Position numbers and translations under genes: made by a program. The notes under the pieces are model-generated. The model did no database searches and was not told the origin of the DNA. It saw only the letters and a program-made list of their open reading frames with translations. This document shows positions 37,171 to 50,400 of a stretch of DNA of 64,000 nucleotides, piece by piece (position 1 is the first letter of the stretch; each line of letters begins with the position of its first letter). The stretch comes from Trichodelitschia bisporula (lineage: Eukaryota), in NCBI GenBank assembly GCA_010356995.1, contig ML996705.1, forward strand, positions 310,001 to 374,000. Reading direction: 5' to 3'.

Positions 37171-37971
37171 ATGATTCGAGTTTGTCCGCAATTGCTTTTC
37201 ATTGCATGGAGTCGACCCAGGCAAATGGGTAATGGGTTGTTTTAATGGATGCCGGGGTTTCCGCGTCCTGAACCTTGGAGCAGCAGGCGATAATGATGGT
37301 GTCGGGTTACGGTCTTTACGACGACGGCAAGATGATGGCGTCTTTGTAGCTTGGTCCGCGTTCAGAATGACTTTGGAGAAAAGCCCCTTATATTATGTCC
37401 CCGCTGGCTGCGGCTGGTTGGGGGGGGGGGGGAGGTCGCTCAGTCCGTGTCATGATGGGGAATAACTCTGGCACGTTGGTTATGGAATCCGGTGTTACAA
37501 GAGTATGTGTTACGAGTGGAGGACTGTGGCTGTTTGAATGAGATGTATTGTTCAGCGTTACTCAACTTCCTTCGGATCATCCCGTCTTCGTGTTACCGCC
37601 AACCGACTGTGACAGAACAGAGAACTCGAGACAAAGATGACCATGGAATCCTTTGACGCCCCCCGGTCATGCCCAGGTGGTGGTTCATTATGGACTTGAG
37701 CAACTCGCATTTCGCTCGCTCCTCGCCTTGTTGTGGGACAAAGAGCGTCGAACATGGAAGTCTCCCAAGGCCAGACAATAGGGGACAATGCCGCTCAGTG
37801 TATGCTCGGTGCACGCTATATATCGGCATGTGTTCCTCACTGGCCTCTCTGTACGAACAGCAATAACGTGCCATCAGCCAATTGAGCCGAACCTCGTTCA
37901 TCGGTGATTGTCCCCTCATAATTTTATTCAGTCACTTTCGAACTTGACGGCAACACTTCCTTCCAGCAAAT

Positions 37972-38637
37972 ATGGGCTGGAACAGCGGTAGGGGACTTAG
38001 CATCGTCGGAATACTGGACAAGGGCGGCTACATCGGCCTTGCGGACTCGGAGCCTAACCCTCCCAGCTACTTACGGGCGCTGAGCAAGACAAAAACCCGA
38101 GTCCAAAAGCCGCTGTCCGGCAATCCATCCTTTATCAGACTGAGGGAAAGACTGAGCAAATGCAGGTTTCGCCGCACCCCCCGCTCATCACATGTTCCAG
38201 TCGAGGTCGCAGGAAAGCCGGGCGTAACGCTTTTCGGAGCTAGCAAGCTTCAGGCCCAGAGCCTCGTGCTCACAGAAGAGATGTCGGCATTGATGCAGGA
38301 ATCGCTGGTAGGCCAGCAACTACTTGAAAAAGCCGAACGGCATGTCGAGAACCGAAAGGCGGAACTCTTCAAGAAGGAACAGAAGATCGTGCTCCGCATG
38401 CGCCGGCTCAGCAGCCATTTGACGGATCTGCGCAACTTGGGCGACGAGGACGACGAGGACGACGGGGACGATGTGGACGATGTTCCGACAACGAAAGATG
38501 CGATCCGCCAGGCCGAGAGAGAGTATGTCGACCTCGTTAAGGAGGAGAACAAGCTTACTCAATGGCTCTTGACTCTGCACGAAGAGCAGGTCAAGCGTGA
38601 AGCTGCGCTGGGTGCGGCCATCACGTCGCGAATGTGA
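37972..38637 (+). CDS. Hypothetical coiled-coil protein
   Basis: 221-aa ATG-initiated ORF with heptad-like helices and an acidic tract; no recognised domain. Confidence 0.55.
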   Translation: MGWNSGRGLSIVGILDKGGYIGLADSEPNPPSYLRALSKTKTRVQKPLSGNPSFIRLRERLSKCRFRRTPRSSHVPVEVAGKPGVTLFGASKLQAQSLVLTEEMSALMQESLVGQQLLEKAERHVENRKAELFKKEQKIVLRMRRLSSHLTDLRNLGDEDDEDDGDDVDDVPTTKDAIRQAEREYVDLVKEENKLTQWLLTLHEEQVKREAALGAAITSRM

Positions 38638-39188
38638 TACGAAGCATTTGAGGCCGTTGGAGATGCGTTGTGAGTACAATAGATCAGGCTAGCCGCCTAA
38701 CATGTGTGGGTCTTAAGGATTATCCACAAATAAACAGAGCTCAGCATGATTCTGCCTCGTTGAATCGATAGTACAGTAATGTCGGATCGCGTTCGTCACC
38801 CAAACGCCCTGTGTCGAGTCTGTGGTTCGGATTTCCGGGGATTCGGGTCGTGGGTAGCTCCAGAAGGAAGGCGGCTAAGCGCCTTGTGGGGCCCATGTGT
38901 GGCCCATGTGTGTGGCCGTGTGGACCCCAAGACCCCTTCCCTTGTCTGTTTGCGCTCATGCACAGCCTCATCCCTCAAGTCTCACCAGCATGTTCCCCCG
39001 CGCTTTAGCCCTCTAGTTCTCGTGGAAGCCTGGTATACGTACGCCTAGCGCACCAATCTTCACTCTTTGCGGGTTATGCTTCATCTGCGGTCGCTTCGCC
39101 TTTCGTTTGTCAATCCGCTCTTTCGTACTCGCTCCACCCTTCTTTGTCCTGAGAAATAGCGCCGTTGAGGTGACGTTGAAGCTCCGCA

Positions 39189-40694
39189 ATGTTGGACTCA
39201 AATCTCCCCAGTAGGTGGACTTGCCGCCGTTTGAGATAAACAATAGCTAACCATGGCGATGTAGCATACTACTTCAAGCCCTCGCACGATAAGAACAGGC
39301 CATTCGAGTCCCCTCTGCTCTTTACTCAATTCGAGTCCGACCCTGAACCTCGTTACATCCTCCGCCATGCTGATCCGACGTCACCCGCTGGTAAGAACTG
39401 TTATGCCGCAGCACTCTTCGACGCATACATTGCCGATGTGCTTTTTGGAGAGGTGCTGGTGAAGCCACAATGGACACAGCCTACGCTCTCACCAGACGAG
39501 ATACGGCGTAATGGCGGCGTTCCCCCTCCACCGCAGCCGATCATTCCCCTGGAGTTCACTATCCAACTCTACAACCCCGATCAGCAAGTGGTCATCACCG
39601 AGAAACCTGCGTCATGGGGCGGCACTCCGACATACCACTTCACCATGCCTCAACACACATTCCGCATGCCCAGCGCATCGGCCCTGGACCGCAGTTCCAG
39701 CGACCCGGCCGTCGACCTAGCCACTCCGCAGCTCAATTTTGTGTGGAAGCGCGACGGCAAACTCACCAAGGACCTTTCATGCTACATGACGGGCAGGACA
39801 ACAGATACGCGGGGGAAGAAGAAGGGAGGGAAGGAGCCTGATATTGCCATTGCCATATTTTCTGGACTTAGGGACCTTACGATCTATGAGCCGAACCTCT
39901 CGAGGGTGGAAATGGAGGACTACAAAGGTCTAGAGCTGGTTTTACTGCTTGGAGCTACGGTCATCCGGGACATATACTGTGGACAGAAGAAGGACTGTTT
40001 CAATACCGGCGAGGCATCCCGAAAAAACAGCGGTCCAGTCAGGAGAAAGTCTTCCATGCCTCTGCTCTCACTGACAACCACACCATCGGTTTCTCCACCA
40101 GCACCCCAGACCAATGGAAACCCGACGCTTCCTGCACGCGACGGTCCCCGACCACCCCCGGCCGATCCTCGAACGCAGTGGGAAATTGATGCCGAAAGTG
40201 CGCGGCTCCGCGCTCAGACAGAGGCCGAGAAGCGCGAGAGACTAAAGGTGGAAGAAGCTGAGAGGAAGCGTATCAAGAAGATGGTTGACGCCGAAGAAAA
40301 GGAAATGCGGCGCCGGCAAGCCGAGATTGACAAGGAGACGCAGCGGTTAGTGAAGCGCTACGGTGACCAGAGCGGCCTGCTTCCGCCCAAACCTCCGATA
40401 CCTCAGCGACATTCCGCCCCGCTTCTATCCCATTACCCGGCTCAGCAGCAACCCCGTCCGGTTCAGATGCAACCGTACCGTCCGCCCCCGCAAATGGCAC
40501 CTGGGCCGTCTCTGCAGCCTTATGGACAGGCGGGCCCGGCCGCTTCTGCAAGCTCATTCTTCCACGGCGCGCCGAGACCTCAGCAGCCGCAATTGCAACA
40601 GCCGAAGCCCAAGAAGAGTCTCTTCAGCTTGCGCGGGTTGAGCAGCGGAAATCCGACAGGACCTGGCAAAATTTCGAAGAAGCAAAGCGTGTAA
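39189..40694 (+). CDS. Conserved-looking fungal hypothetical protein (globular N-terminus, coiled coil, Pro/Gln-rich tail)
   Basis: MLDSNLP exon, intron at about 39211-39264, then a long open exon (YYFKPS...FVWKRDGKLTKDL...VEMEDYKGLELVLLL) to the TAA at 40694. Confidence 0.8.
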
Positions 40695-41577
40695 TTACCG
40701 AATCATGAGGGCCGGTGGAGTTTTGGGTGTATGTCACATGGTGCAGGAGCCGAACTGCCCTTTGGTGGCCGTCGATACCTTGGGAAATGGCGTTATTGTA
40801 GTTTTGTTTAACTTGCTCATCGTGGGAGGCGTTCAAGCGCCTCTGCAAGGTCGGTATGGGGTATGTACTGAGAGAGAAATTGATCAATTGCGTTCGCAAA
40901 TCACTGTTGACGAGCAGCACGAATGGAGTGTCCCCGTTACCGAAGAGAGGCGTCTAATCCAGCTAAAAAGCTGTCATCGACTTGCCTATTTTTCCGAGAG
41001 AAGCAGTCGTGGGCCTGTCGCAGGCCAGTCATGATGTGTGGCTGGAAGCACTTGTCAGGTTCATATGTGCAGGGTTCATATGTACAGCAACAGACGCAAA
41101 TGTGCTCAATTTTCCGCTTGGCGAACGCCGCACTTCCTACGGCCTGGCCTTACTTGGCTGTGAGGCTGCCCCACCACCTCCACATTCCGCCATTCCACTA
41201 CCAAAAAGCCAGCTTCAACCCCGCTCTCCACACTGCTTGCCTGTACCTTTTCGCGCCGACGCCGCACACCCGGTCGATGCGGCGTCTAGCTGCCCAGCTT
41301 CACGGCGCAAGTCCCGTCCCTTGGTGCATGCCGCCATCACCAACTGGGCAAAGCCAGCCGCCATCGGCTCGTAACAAGAGCATGGAGAGCGGCCTTGTGC
41401 CCATCATGCAATGAGCTAGCTGGTGTGCGGGGGAGCTGCCGTCGACGGGCTCTCCCCTTGCCGTGGTAGACTGAAAGAGCTATAAAAGGAAGCTATGGAG
41501 CGCTGTGAAAGCTGAAGACAGTAACAGCTTACTCCATACCATCCTGTACAGCTATCCCGAAATCACAACAATACACA

Positions 41578-42372
41578 ATGCTCGCTACGTTGCTCCCTCT
41601 GTCCGTCGCACTCCTCCCTTTCGCCTCTGCCCACTTCCGTCTTAACTACCCACCCTGGCGCGGCGACTCCTTCGCAACAGGTGCCTCGCAATGGATCTAT
41701 CCTTGTATGTGCTTCATGGTCCTCTCAAGTCTCGTGCCCGATCAGTATGGCTGACAAGTCGTTCCATCTCAGGCGCCAATGTCTCCCAAGATGCCAGCAA
41801 CAACAACCGGACGTTGTGGCCGCTGGACGGCGGTAGCGTCATATTCGCGGGCTCGCACCCACATGCGTTGACCACTGTCAACCTGGCGCTGGGCGAAGTT
41901 GGGAATTCCTTCAACGTGTCCATCATTCCTCTGTTCAACCAGACTGGCAACGGCACCTTCTGCGTGCCCAAGGTCGGCACAGGCGCCCTGAAGGGGCTGG
42001 CTGGTGTGACCGAGGGTGCGAAGGCCAGCATCCAGGTCATCCAGATTTCGACAAGCGGTGCCGCCTTGTACAACGTGGGTTTTCCTCAGGCAGGTGTGGC
42101 CTGTTCCAGTGCTGACGTCCAACTAGTGTGCGGATATCACCTTCTCCTCGCAAGCTAAGATCCTCGAGGGCGACCAGTGCAAGAACGCTACGGGCGTCAG
42201 CGGCGTAGACATTGAGAACGTGGGCTCCTCCAAGTCATCATCTGCCAACGGCAGCTCATCCTCATCCGCTCCTTCTTCGACGGCCACGGCCAAGAGCGAC
42301 GCAGTTTCCGGCAGGATGGCCTGGGGAGTTTTGGTCGGTGCCGTGGCGGTTGGGATGGCGGCTGCTATGTGA
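41578..42372 (+). CDS. GPI-anchored BIM1/X325-like (LPMO-like) copper-binding cell-surface protein
   Basis: Signal peptide ending ASA then HFRLNYPPWRG; later GSHPH, FC, ASIQVIQ and LYN|CADITF; Ser-rich linker and hydrophobic C-terminus; two introns. Confidence 0.8.
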
Positions 42373-43325
42373 GATGATGCCTGACGAAAGGAAGCGAAAT
42401 TTTGTTGCAGCCCTACGGTGGAAGCGTAAGACTTGCGTCTTATGAGGATGCGGTTTACCTTGGATAATGAAGCTAATAAACAATGACTCCACGAGAGCAA
42501 TGCTCCAGGAAGGCATAACATCCGTGAAGTACTATCGTGATGGCCAAGAGTTTTTTTTGCCTAAGCTTGGCTACCCGCGTTCTAGCACTCATGGAATGGC
42601 TGGAACGGTCGCCGCCTTGCCTAAGCATGATTCGCAAGTGGGGAATGGGCGGCTATGTATTGCAAAGACCCTCGGATGATTGAACGGCAGGCTATTCTCC
42701 GGCGGTAGGGAAGGGAGAGTTAGCCGAATAGGACCTTGGCCTGTCACTCCGGACGGCTGGGGACACTCGGGAACCAACCACCCAGTGAGGCGGGAGGATC
42801 GGGACAAAGCCGAGATGTTCCGTGGTGCATTTTGCATGGCACGGCAGGTTCCAGGGCTGACATGCCAGGGTACTTGGGTAAGGCGAGAAGCAGGCAACGT
42901 TGAATGGACGGTTTGTACATTGTAGGTTACGACTTTACCCGCGAGTACATCAGCCTGCCGCTCCGCACGACCCGGGCGAGTAACGAGTTGATAACGAGTC
43001 TGCGATGTACCGCCGGCGATCTGCCATCCATTCAGGCAAGTGATGTTTTCTGGCGGGAATGGGGGCAGCGCAAAACGGCCATCATTCCGAAACAATCGGT
43101 GTGGGTAATCACAACGCAGCGGACGTGTTCTCATTGATATCTGAGCGATTAATTTACTTTCTGTTTAATCGATCGGACGGGAAGTTTATCATTCTCTACA
43201 ATCAATCGAGCGGCTTGCACCACAGTTTTCTTCCTCTATGGCTCATGCTTCCTTCCTTCCCCCTTGTTCCGTTGTTTCCTTTCACTGTACTCCGTACCTG
43301 TATCCGCAACTACCCCACCTAGCAA

Positions 43326-43936
43326 CGGTTATTGCCGGTCCTGGGGGATGGCTGGGGGGTTGGAGGCGCAGTGGCAGGTGCTCGCGTGTGAATTGCAGGG
43401 CGGGGTTCCAAGCATGCGGGGCGTCCCTGGCGGACATTGGACACGGGAACGACTTGCGGGCAAGTGACAAGAGTGGACGGGTAAGGGCTGTATGACGAAG
43501 AGAGAGAGAGAGAGCGGATACGTACCGTACCGTAGAGAGAGAGGGAGAGAATACCGTACGGTAAGAGCGAGAGGGCAGCAGCCAAATGATCCAATCTTGC
43601 CTAGAAGCGGCGTTTACCCCTCACCAAACTCGCAAGCCGCTTTCGCCTCTCCCTCTTCACTCACTCACCTGTTTCCATTCCCATCTCCAGATCTCTTCCT
43701 CATTCCTCATCTTCCTCTCCTTTTGTTCCTCAAGAACCACTACTCTAAGATACTTCACGAAAAAAGGCGCACTGCTCCCAAGGCTGTGGCGCGCACTGCC
43801 TTCCGATAGCCTCACCCGTTAACCGCCTCTTTTGCCCCTCAATACACACGATTCTCCCCCACCCCTCTCAAGCTGGATCCCGATACGACTAGGTTATCCC
43901 ACATCCTCGTCTCCCCACTCCACCCGCAACCGCCCG
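43326..43936. promoter_or_regulatory. Candidate AcuK/AcuM (CCG-N7-CCG) and CreA (SYGGRG) sites upstream of PCK1
   Basis: CGGTTATTGCCGG at 43326-43338, CCGCAACCGCCCG at 43924-43936, and clustered CTGGGG/GCGGGG at about 43340-43421. Confidence 0.35.
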
Positions 43937-44646
43937 TCTTCCCCAGTACCCACTCTGCTACCCCCGCAGATTTCCACAGTTCGCACTCAGCTCGTGAGGC
44001 CGCCTTGTGCGCGCAAACCAACTACAGCCCTAGTTTACTGGACTAGTGACACCTAGACACCCCGCAACCCCTGGCTCGTGATCTTCCCAGTTCGTCATGA
44101 TCCCTTACTCCTCTCGGCCGTCTTCTTTGTTGTTGGCTGTCGTCACTCAGAACAGCGTCGTAGTCCCGCGTGCCCATCCGCACGCCCGCCATCGTCAGCT
44201 AACGGGCGCAACGCGAAATATGCATACAGCGACACCATCACGCTCCCCATCGTGGCCCAAGCCACGCGAAGCAGCCGGCCTGTGGTCCGACGTCCGCTGC
44301 TGCCCGGAGGTGACGCCCTGCGCACGAAGAGAAACCGGGTGGGTTTCCACGAGGAATTCTCGGACTCGCCGCCCCGGCGCGCTCCCTCGGCAAACCTCCG
44401 CAGCAACCAATCGTAGCTCGCTTCTGGAATCTGGGGTGGTAGTTTCTGGTCTAATGGTAGAGAAGCTCCCTGCACAGTCCCCGACCATCTTCCGAAGGCT
44501 TCAGATATGTCAAAGGCTATTAAAGGCGAGGACGCCCCGCCATTTCCAAGTCCTTCTCCAGACTACTGGCTGAAGACTTTACCCGTCAGCAGGAACACCC
44601 TCCACAAAAACAATACTACCACTCCTCCACATTGACATCATTCAAA

Positions 44647-46742
44647 ATGGTCTCCCCTTCAGTCAACAAGACTTCGTTGCACCCCGGTGGTGTCCAGTAC
44701 GTTGCTCTCACAACTTGCTCGTCGTCGGGTTACTGACCAATTCCTCCAGACCGCAGCGCGAACACACCGAAATCGAGGAGGAGCTGCACTCGCATGCCCA
44801 CATCGACTATGACCGTGTTGCCATTGTCAGCCTTCCCGTGCTCTGCCTCAACTTATCTCATGCTGACGTCAATTGATAGGTCGCCAACCCCTCAGTGGCC
44901 GCGCTCTATGAAGACGCGCTGGTTTACGAAAGTGGCTCAGCAATTACGTCTTCCGGTGCTCTCTCTGCCTACTCTGGGGCTAAAACCGGCCGTTCGCCCT
45001 CGGACAAGCGCATTGTCCAGGAGCCGAGCTCAGAAAAGGACATTTGGTGGGGACCGGTAAACAAGCCGATGACGCCTGATGTAAGCCGATCGCCTTTTTC
45101 TCCACTTTCTTTCATTTGCCCCCCGCGCGAAAGAAACTCAGATCACTCGACGGGTGATTTCTGGGACGACGTCACGTTGGGTGGGTCTGGCTTCGTTGCC
45201 GAACGCAAGCCTCGGAGACCCTGGTGGCGCCTGCGCTTCCCCGCATTTCGCACCATGTCCGATCCGGCGCCCACGGCTATTACATACTCACCTTGCACGT
45301 GATTGGTTGCCTCTTTTGACATTTGCTGACATTTTTCCCTTCTAGGTCTGGCGTATCAACCGTGAGCGTGCCATTGACTATCTCAACACCCGGAATCGCA
45401 TCTACGTCGTCGATGGCTTCGCTGGCTGGGATGAGCGGTACCGCATCCGCGTGCGCGTTGTCTGCGCTCGCGCCTACCACGCACTCTTCATGCGCAACAT
45501 GCTCATCCGCCCGTCGCCCGAGGAGCTCGAGGGCTTCCATCCCGACTATGTCATCTACAACGCCGGCGCTTTCCCCGCCAACAGGTACACCACCGGCATG
45601 ACGTCAGCGACCTCCGTATCCATCAACTTTGCTGAGAAGGAGATGGTCATTCTCGGCACCGAGTACGCCGGCGAGATGAAGAAAGGTATCTTCACAGTTT
45701 TGTTCTACGAGATGCCCGTCAAGCACAACGTTCTTACCCTCCACTCCTCGGCCAACGAGGGCAAGGACGGCGATGTTACCGTCTTCTTCGGTCTTTCCGG
45801 CACTGGCAAGACCACTCTTTCGGCCGACCCCAAGCGCGCGCTCATTGGTGACGATGAGCACTGCTGGAGCGACCGTGGCGTCTTCAACATTGAGGGCGGG
45901 TGCTACGCCAAGTGCATTGGCCTCTCTGGCGAGAAGGAGCCTGATATCTTCAACGCCATCCGCTTCGGTTCCATCCTCGAAAACGTCGTTTTCGATCCCT
46001 TCTCCCGTGTTGTCGACTACGATGATTCCACTCTGACCGAGAACACTCGTTGGTGAGTTATTTCGACCCAAGTTTCATATCTTACCTAACCTCTCCCAGC
46101 GCATACCCCATTGAGTACATCGAGAACACCAAGATCCCCTGCATCACCGATAACCACCCGACGAACATCATCCTCCTCACCTGCGATGCTCGCGGTGTTC
46201 TCCCCCCAATCTCCAAGCTCAACACCGAGCAGACTATGTTCCACTTCATCTCCGGTTACACCTCGAAGATGGCCGGCACAGAGCAGGGTGTCACCGAGCC
46301 CCAGGCCACCTTCTCGTCTTGCTTCGCGCAACCCTTCCTGGCTCTGCACCCCATGCGCTACGCCAAGATGCTTGCGGACAAGATTTCCTCGCACAACGCC
46401 AACGCTTGGCTCCTGAACACCGGCTGGGTTGGTGCCGGCGCCACGACTGGCGGCAAGCGTTGCCCTCTCAAGTACACTCGTGCCATCCTCGACGCTATCC
46501 ACTCTGGCGAGCTTGCCAAGTCAGAGTACGAGACCTACGAGGTCTTCAACCTCCAAGTGCCCAAGACCTGCCCCGGCGTGCCGGATGAGCTGCTTAACCC
46601 CGCCAAGTCGTGGACTGGCAAGGCCTCCTTCACCGATGAGGTCAGCAAGCTGGGTGTCCTCTTCAACGAGAACTTCAAGAAGTACGCCGACCAAGCGACG
46701 TCTGAGGTTATTGCTGCGGGTCCCCAGGTTCCCTCGTCATAG
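44647..46742 (+). CDS. PCK1: Phosphoenolpyruvate carboxykinase (ATP)
   Basis: [60 protein letters not shown]; introns at about 44697-44749, 44826-44879, 45081-45345 and 46053-46099. Confidence 0.97.
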
Positions 46743-47497
46743 TTGGCATGACTTTGTCGTTTCTTGGTCTGTCTTGATATCACCATTGTTTGCATTGGAC
46801 TGCTTTGGCTTTTGGGCAAATACTACGGAGTTTCCTGGACGGGTCCTTGATATTCCTCGTTGCGTGTGCCGCACGGTGGCATTATGTACTCCGTCGCGTG
46901 TGTTCTGTGGGACCGATTGGCCCGACTGGCTTGTACACTTTAGGGATCGTACAACTTACGCATCGGTTGGGAAGTAATCCTACCAAAATAGATGCTGCAT
47001 GTTATTAGTACGTTGTCTGAAATCATTCGTGCAACTGTTTCTCCTTAGCCTTTTCAGATCCTGTAGCTAAATGATGTGCCATGGTGCTCCTATATCCGTA
47101 GATGCCATCCAGCAGCAATAGTTTTATCATAATGGAAAATATTGGGCGTCAAATGAACATCTCAATGTGATGAAAATCCCAAAGTACGTTGTACTCTGTA
47201 TCCGTTGCGAATGACGTCCTGCAATCGTTCTCCCCGCAGCCCCTCCGAACCTCGAAACGCTTGGACCGATGCGGCCCCGCATGTGGCTGGTGATGGCTGT
47301 GCACCCGCCTTTGTGTGTGAGGGCTGAGTGCGACCCAAACACCCAAGGACCCACGACCCCCCCGAACCCTCCGCCGGCCTCGCATGCGCCGGTATCAATA
47401 AACACCAGCGCTGTGGAATGGCCTTGAATCTGCGCAAGTTTCCGTGGAGGCGGAAAACAACCATCACCCATTGCTGTTTTTGTAACTAACCGCCGCC

Positions 47498-50400
47498 ATG
47501 GAGAGTGATTGGGAGGAGGTAACCTCGATGCGCTCCCATTGTCTTCAATGGCCATCTGCTTACACGCCACACAGGTTCTTATGGTACCTCACCCGGGGCA
47601 GGATGCGAACCATCTTACCTCGCGGGTGACGACTCTGGCCTTCGATACTTCTCAGGAACTGCTTTGGACTGGAAACCATGTGGTGAGTGGGCCTTCGGCT
47701 CTGCGCCACGCGACATCAGAGAACTGACGGCTGTTGATAGGGCAGGGTCATGTCATTTATCGCTCCTGACCTCCGCAAGTACACGTCGTTCCGAGCACAT
47801 CCTACAGGGGAAGTCAAACAGATACTATTTACCGACAAGGGCGTCCTCTCCGTATCTCCACACAGCGTTCATCTCGCGTCTCGACGAGGTCTCACACAAT
47901 GGCATATGACGTATGTGATGGAGCTCTCGAGCCAGACTCGGTCTTAACCATATGGAAGCTTACGAATGCAGGGACGAGAAGTTCATCGACTTGCGGTGCA
48001 TGAGCTTCACCTCCAGGGGTACCCAGGAGATTCTCGTGGCCGGATTTCAGGATACAATGTTCAGGGTTGATGTGGAAAAGGGCACCATCATACAAGCTGT
48101 GGGTTCCACATATTGTCTAACCTTGCACGCTCTAGCTAACCACAACCTAGTTACCAGCGGAAGACAACTATTCGATTATGAAAAAGGGCAGTCAATACAT
48201 CTGCGCGGCAAACGGCTCTGGGGCAATCCACATCTTGGACCCAGGTACCTTCAAAATCGTTAAAGTGTGGCAGGCACACAGCAGCTTTGTGAATGACATG
48301 GACGTCAAATCGGATTTCGTCGTGACCTGCGGGGCCTCGCCGCGCCAGCAGCAAGGATTCATGCTTGATGGCCTAGCAAATGTGTACAATCTCAAGACCT
48401 TGCTACCCCTTCCACCGATACCATTCCAGGCAGGTGCTGCCTTCGTTCGCATGCATCCTCGAATGTCTACCACGAGCATTGTTGCGTCGTCTACCGGGCA
48501 ACTTCAGGTGGTGGACATCATGAACCCGAATGCCGTCAATCTCATCAAGCAAGCGCACGTATATGACAGCACTTGTCTTACCTCTTTCGAGTTGGCGCCG
48601 TCTGGAGATGCACTGGCTTTTGCCAACTCGTTGGGCTACATGCATTTGTGGGGCTCCCCTTCAAAGATCCATTTCACCGAGTTCAGCAATCCTCTTGTAT
48701 TTGCCGACCAGGTCATCCCGCCACCTGGGCATATGGATTGGTCCCAGGACACGTGAGTTCGTCCCGTCTATCCCACATATGGAAGCTGATACCCTTTGTA
48801 GAGCCCTCAATACCATTGGGATCCCTTATTACCGCGATGTACTCTTGTCCGCCTGGCCAAGCCATATGATCTTTGAAGTTGGCGCTCCGCCACCGAAACT
48901 GGACCCCATTCTGCTCGCCAATTTGAAGCGGTCCGATAATGTAAGCTATGCGCCGAATCCCAAAAAGCTGCACCGGAATCAGATCGAGAGAACCCGCGTT
49001 GTGGACAAAGGCTCCGCTATCGTTGCACCGAAGTTCCTGAGTGAGAAGGCCAGAGAAGCCGCAAGTTCTCCCAACGGAGAGAGGCGCATCAGCGATGTTC
49101 TCGACACGCTGGCCGACATCATACTTGAAGGCTCAACGAAGAAGGAAGTTCCAATCATCTATCGAAACGTGGAAATCAAATATTCGAAATTTGGAGTAGA
49201 CGATTTTGACTTCGAGTAAGTTAGAGAGGCGCAAACAGCAGTGAGGCATGCACACTCACACTTTTGTGACAGGTACTACAACAAGACTCGATTTTCCGGA
49301 CTGGAAACACACATTGCCAACTCATACGCCAATCCATTGCTTCAGCTCTATCGCTTTATACCCATAATCCGGAATCTTGCGTTGCGCCATACTGCATCGC
49401 CTTGTCCTTTTGAGGATTGCCTGTTGTGCGAGACGGGTTTCCTGATAGACATGCTCGAGAAAGCGGCAGGGCAAAATTGCCAGGCCACGAACTTTCTTAA
49501 GAAATTCAGTGGCCAGTCAAGCGGCAAGTAGTCATCTCGCCTTTGACCCTGTAGTCCTAACCTCCTAATAGCCGCTTCCCTGAACCTGCTGGAAGAACAC
49601 GCCCCTACCACTCCCCTCACCTCCATGATACAAGCGGTCAACCGATTTCTGCTTGCCCGGTTCAGCGATAACTTCCGGCAATGTCCCCCACAGAGCCGGG
49701 CATTGGAGCAGGCGCTGGCAACACAGGTGACTGCCAACATCCGATGCGCTCATTGCAATCATGAACAGATAAAATCGGAGGATCTGTATCTTCATGACCT
49801 CATATATCCTCCCAAAGTACGTAGCTGCTGAGTTACAACCATTAGAGACCATCTAACGAGGGCAGAACATGATACGAGGTCCAGCCCGAGCCACCCCGTC
49901 CCGAACATTTTGCGAGATTCTCAAGGCCAGTGTCGAACGCCAGGACCAGAGCAGGGGTTGGTGCTCTCGTTGTAAGCGATACCAAATGCTGTCCACGAGG
50001 AAACAGGTTCAAAATGTCCCGAGCGTCCTCATGATCAATGCGGCCATTCACACCATGGATGCGAAACAGCTGTGGTGTACGCCCAACTGGCTTCCCCACG
50101 AGATTGGGGTGGTTGTCGGCAACGGACAGTTCTTTTGCTTTGAAGGCCAGGATCTCAACTTCCTCATCAAGAAGAATACCCATAATGTTCAGATTTATGA
50201 GCTCATTGGCGTAGTTGCCGACATCAACAGTGGGGAGGCACAGAAACCTCACCTTGTGTCTATGATCAATGGTATGAGCATCCGGTGCCAGTATCCGAAT
50301 ATCTGCTGACCAGTTGAAGTGGCTCCATCGTTGCCAGATGAGCAAGTGAACAATCAGTGGCATCTCTTCAACGATTTCTTGGTCCGGCAGACGTCAAAGG

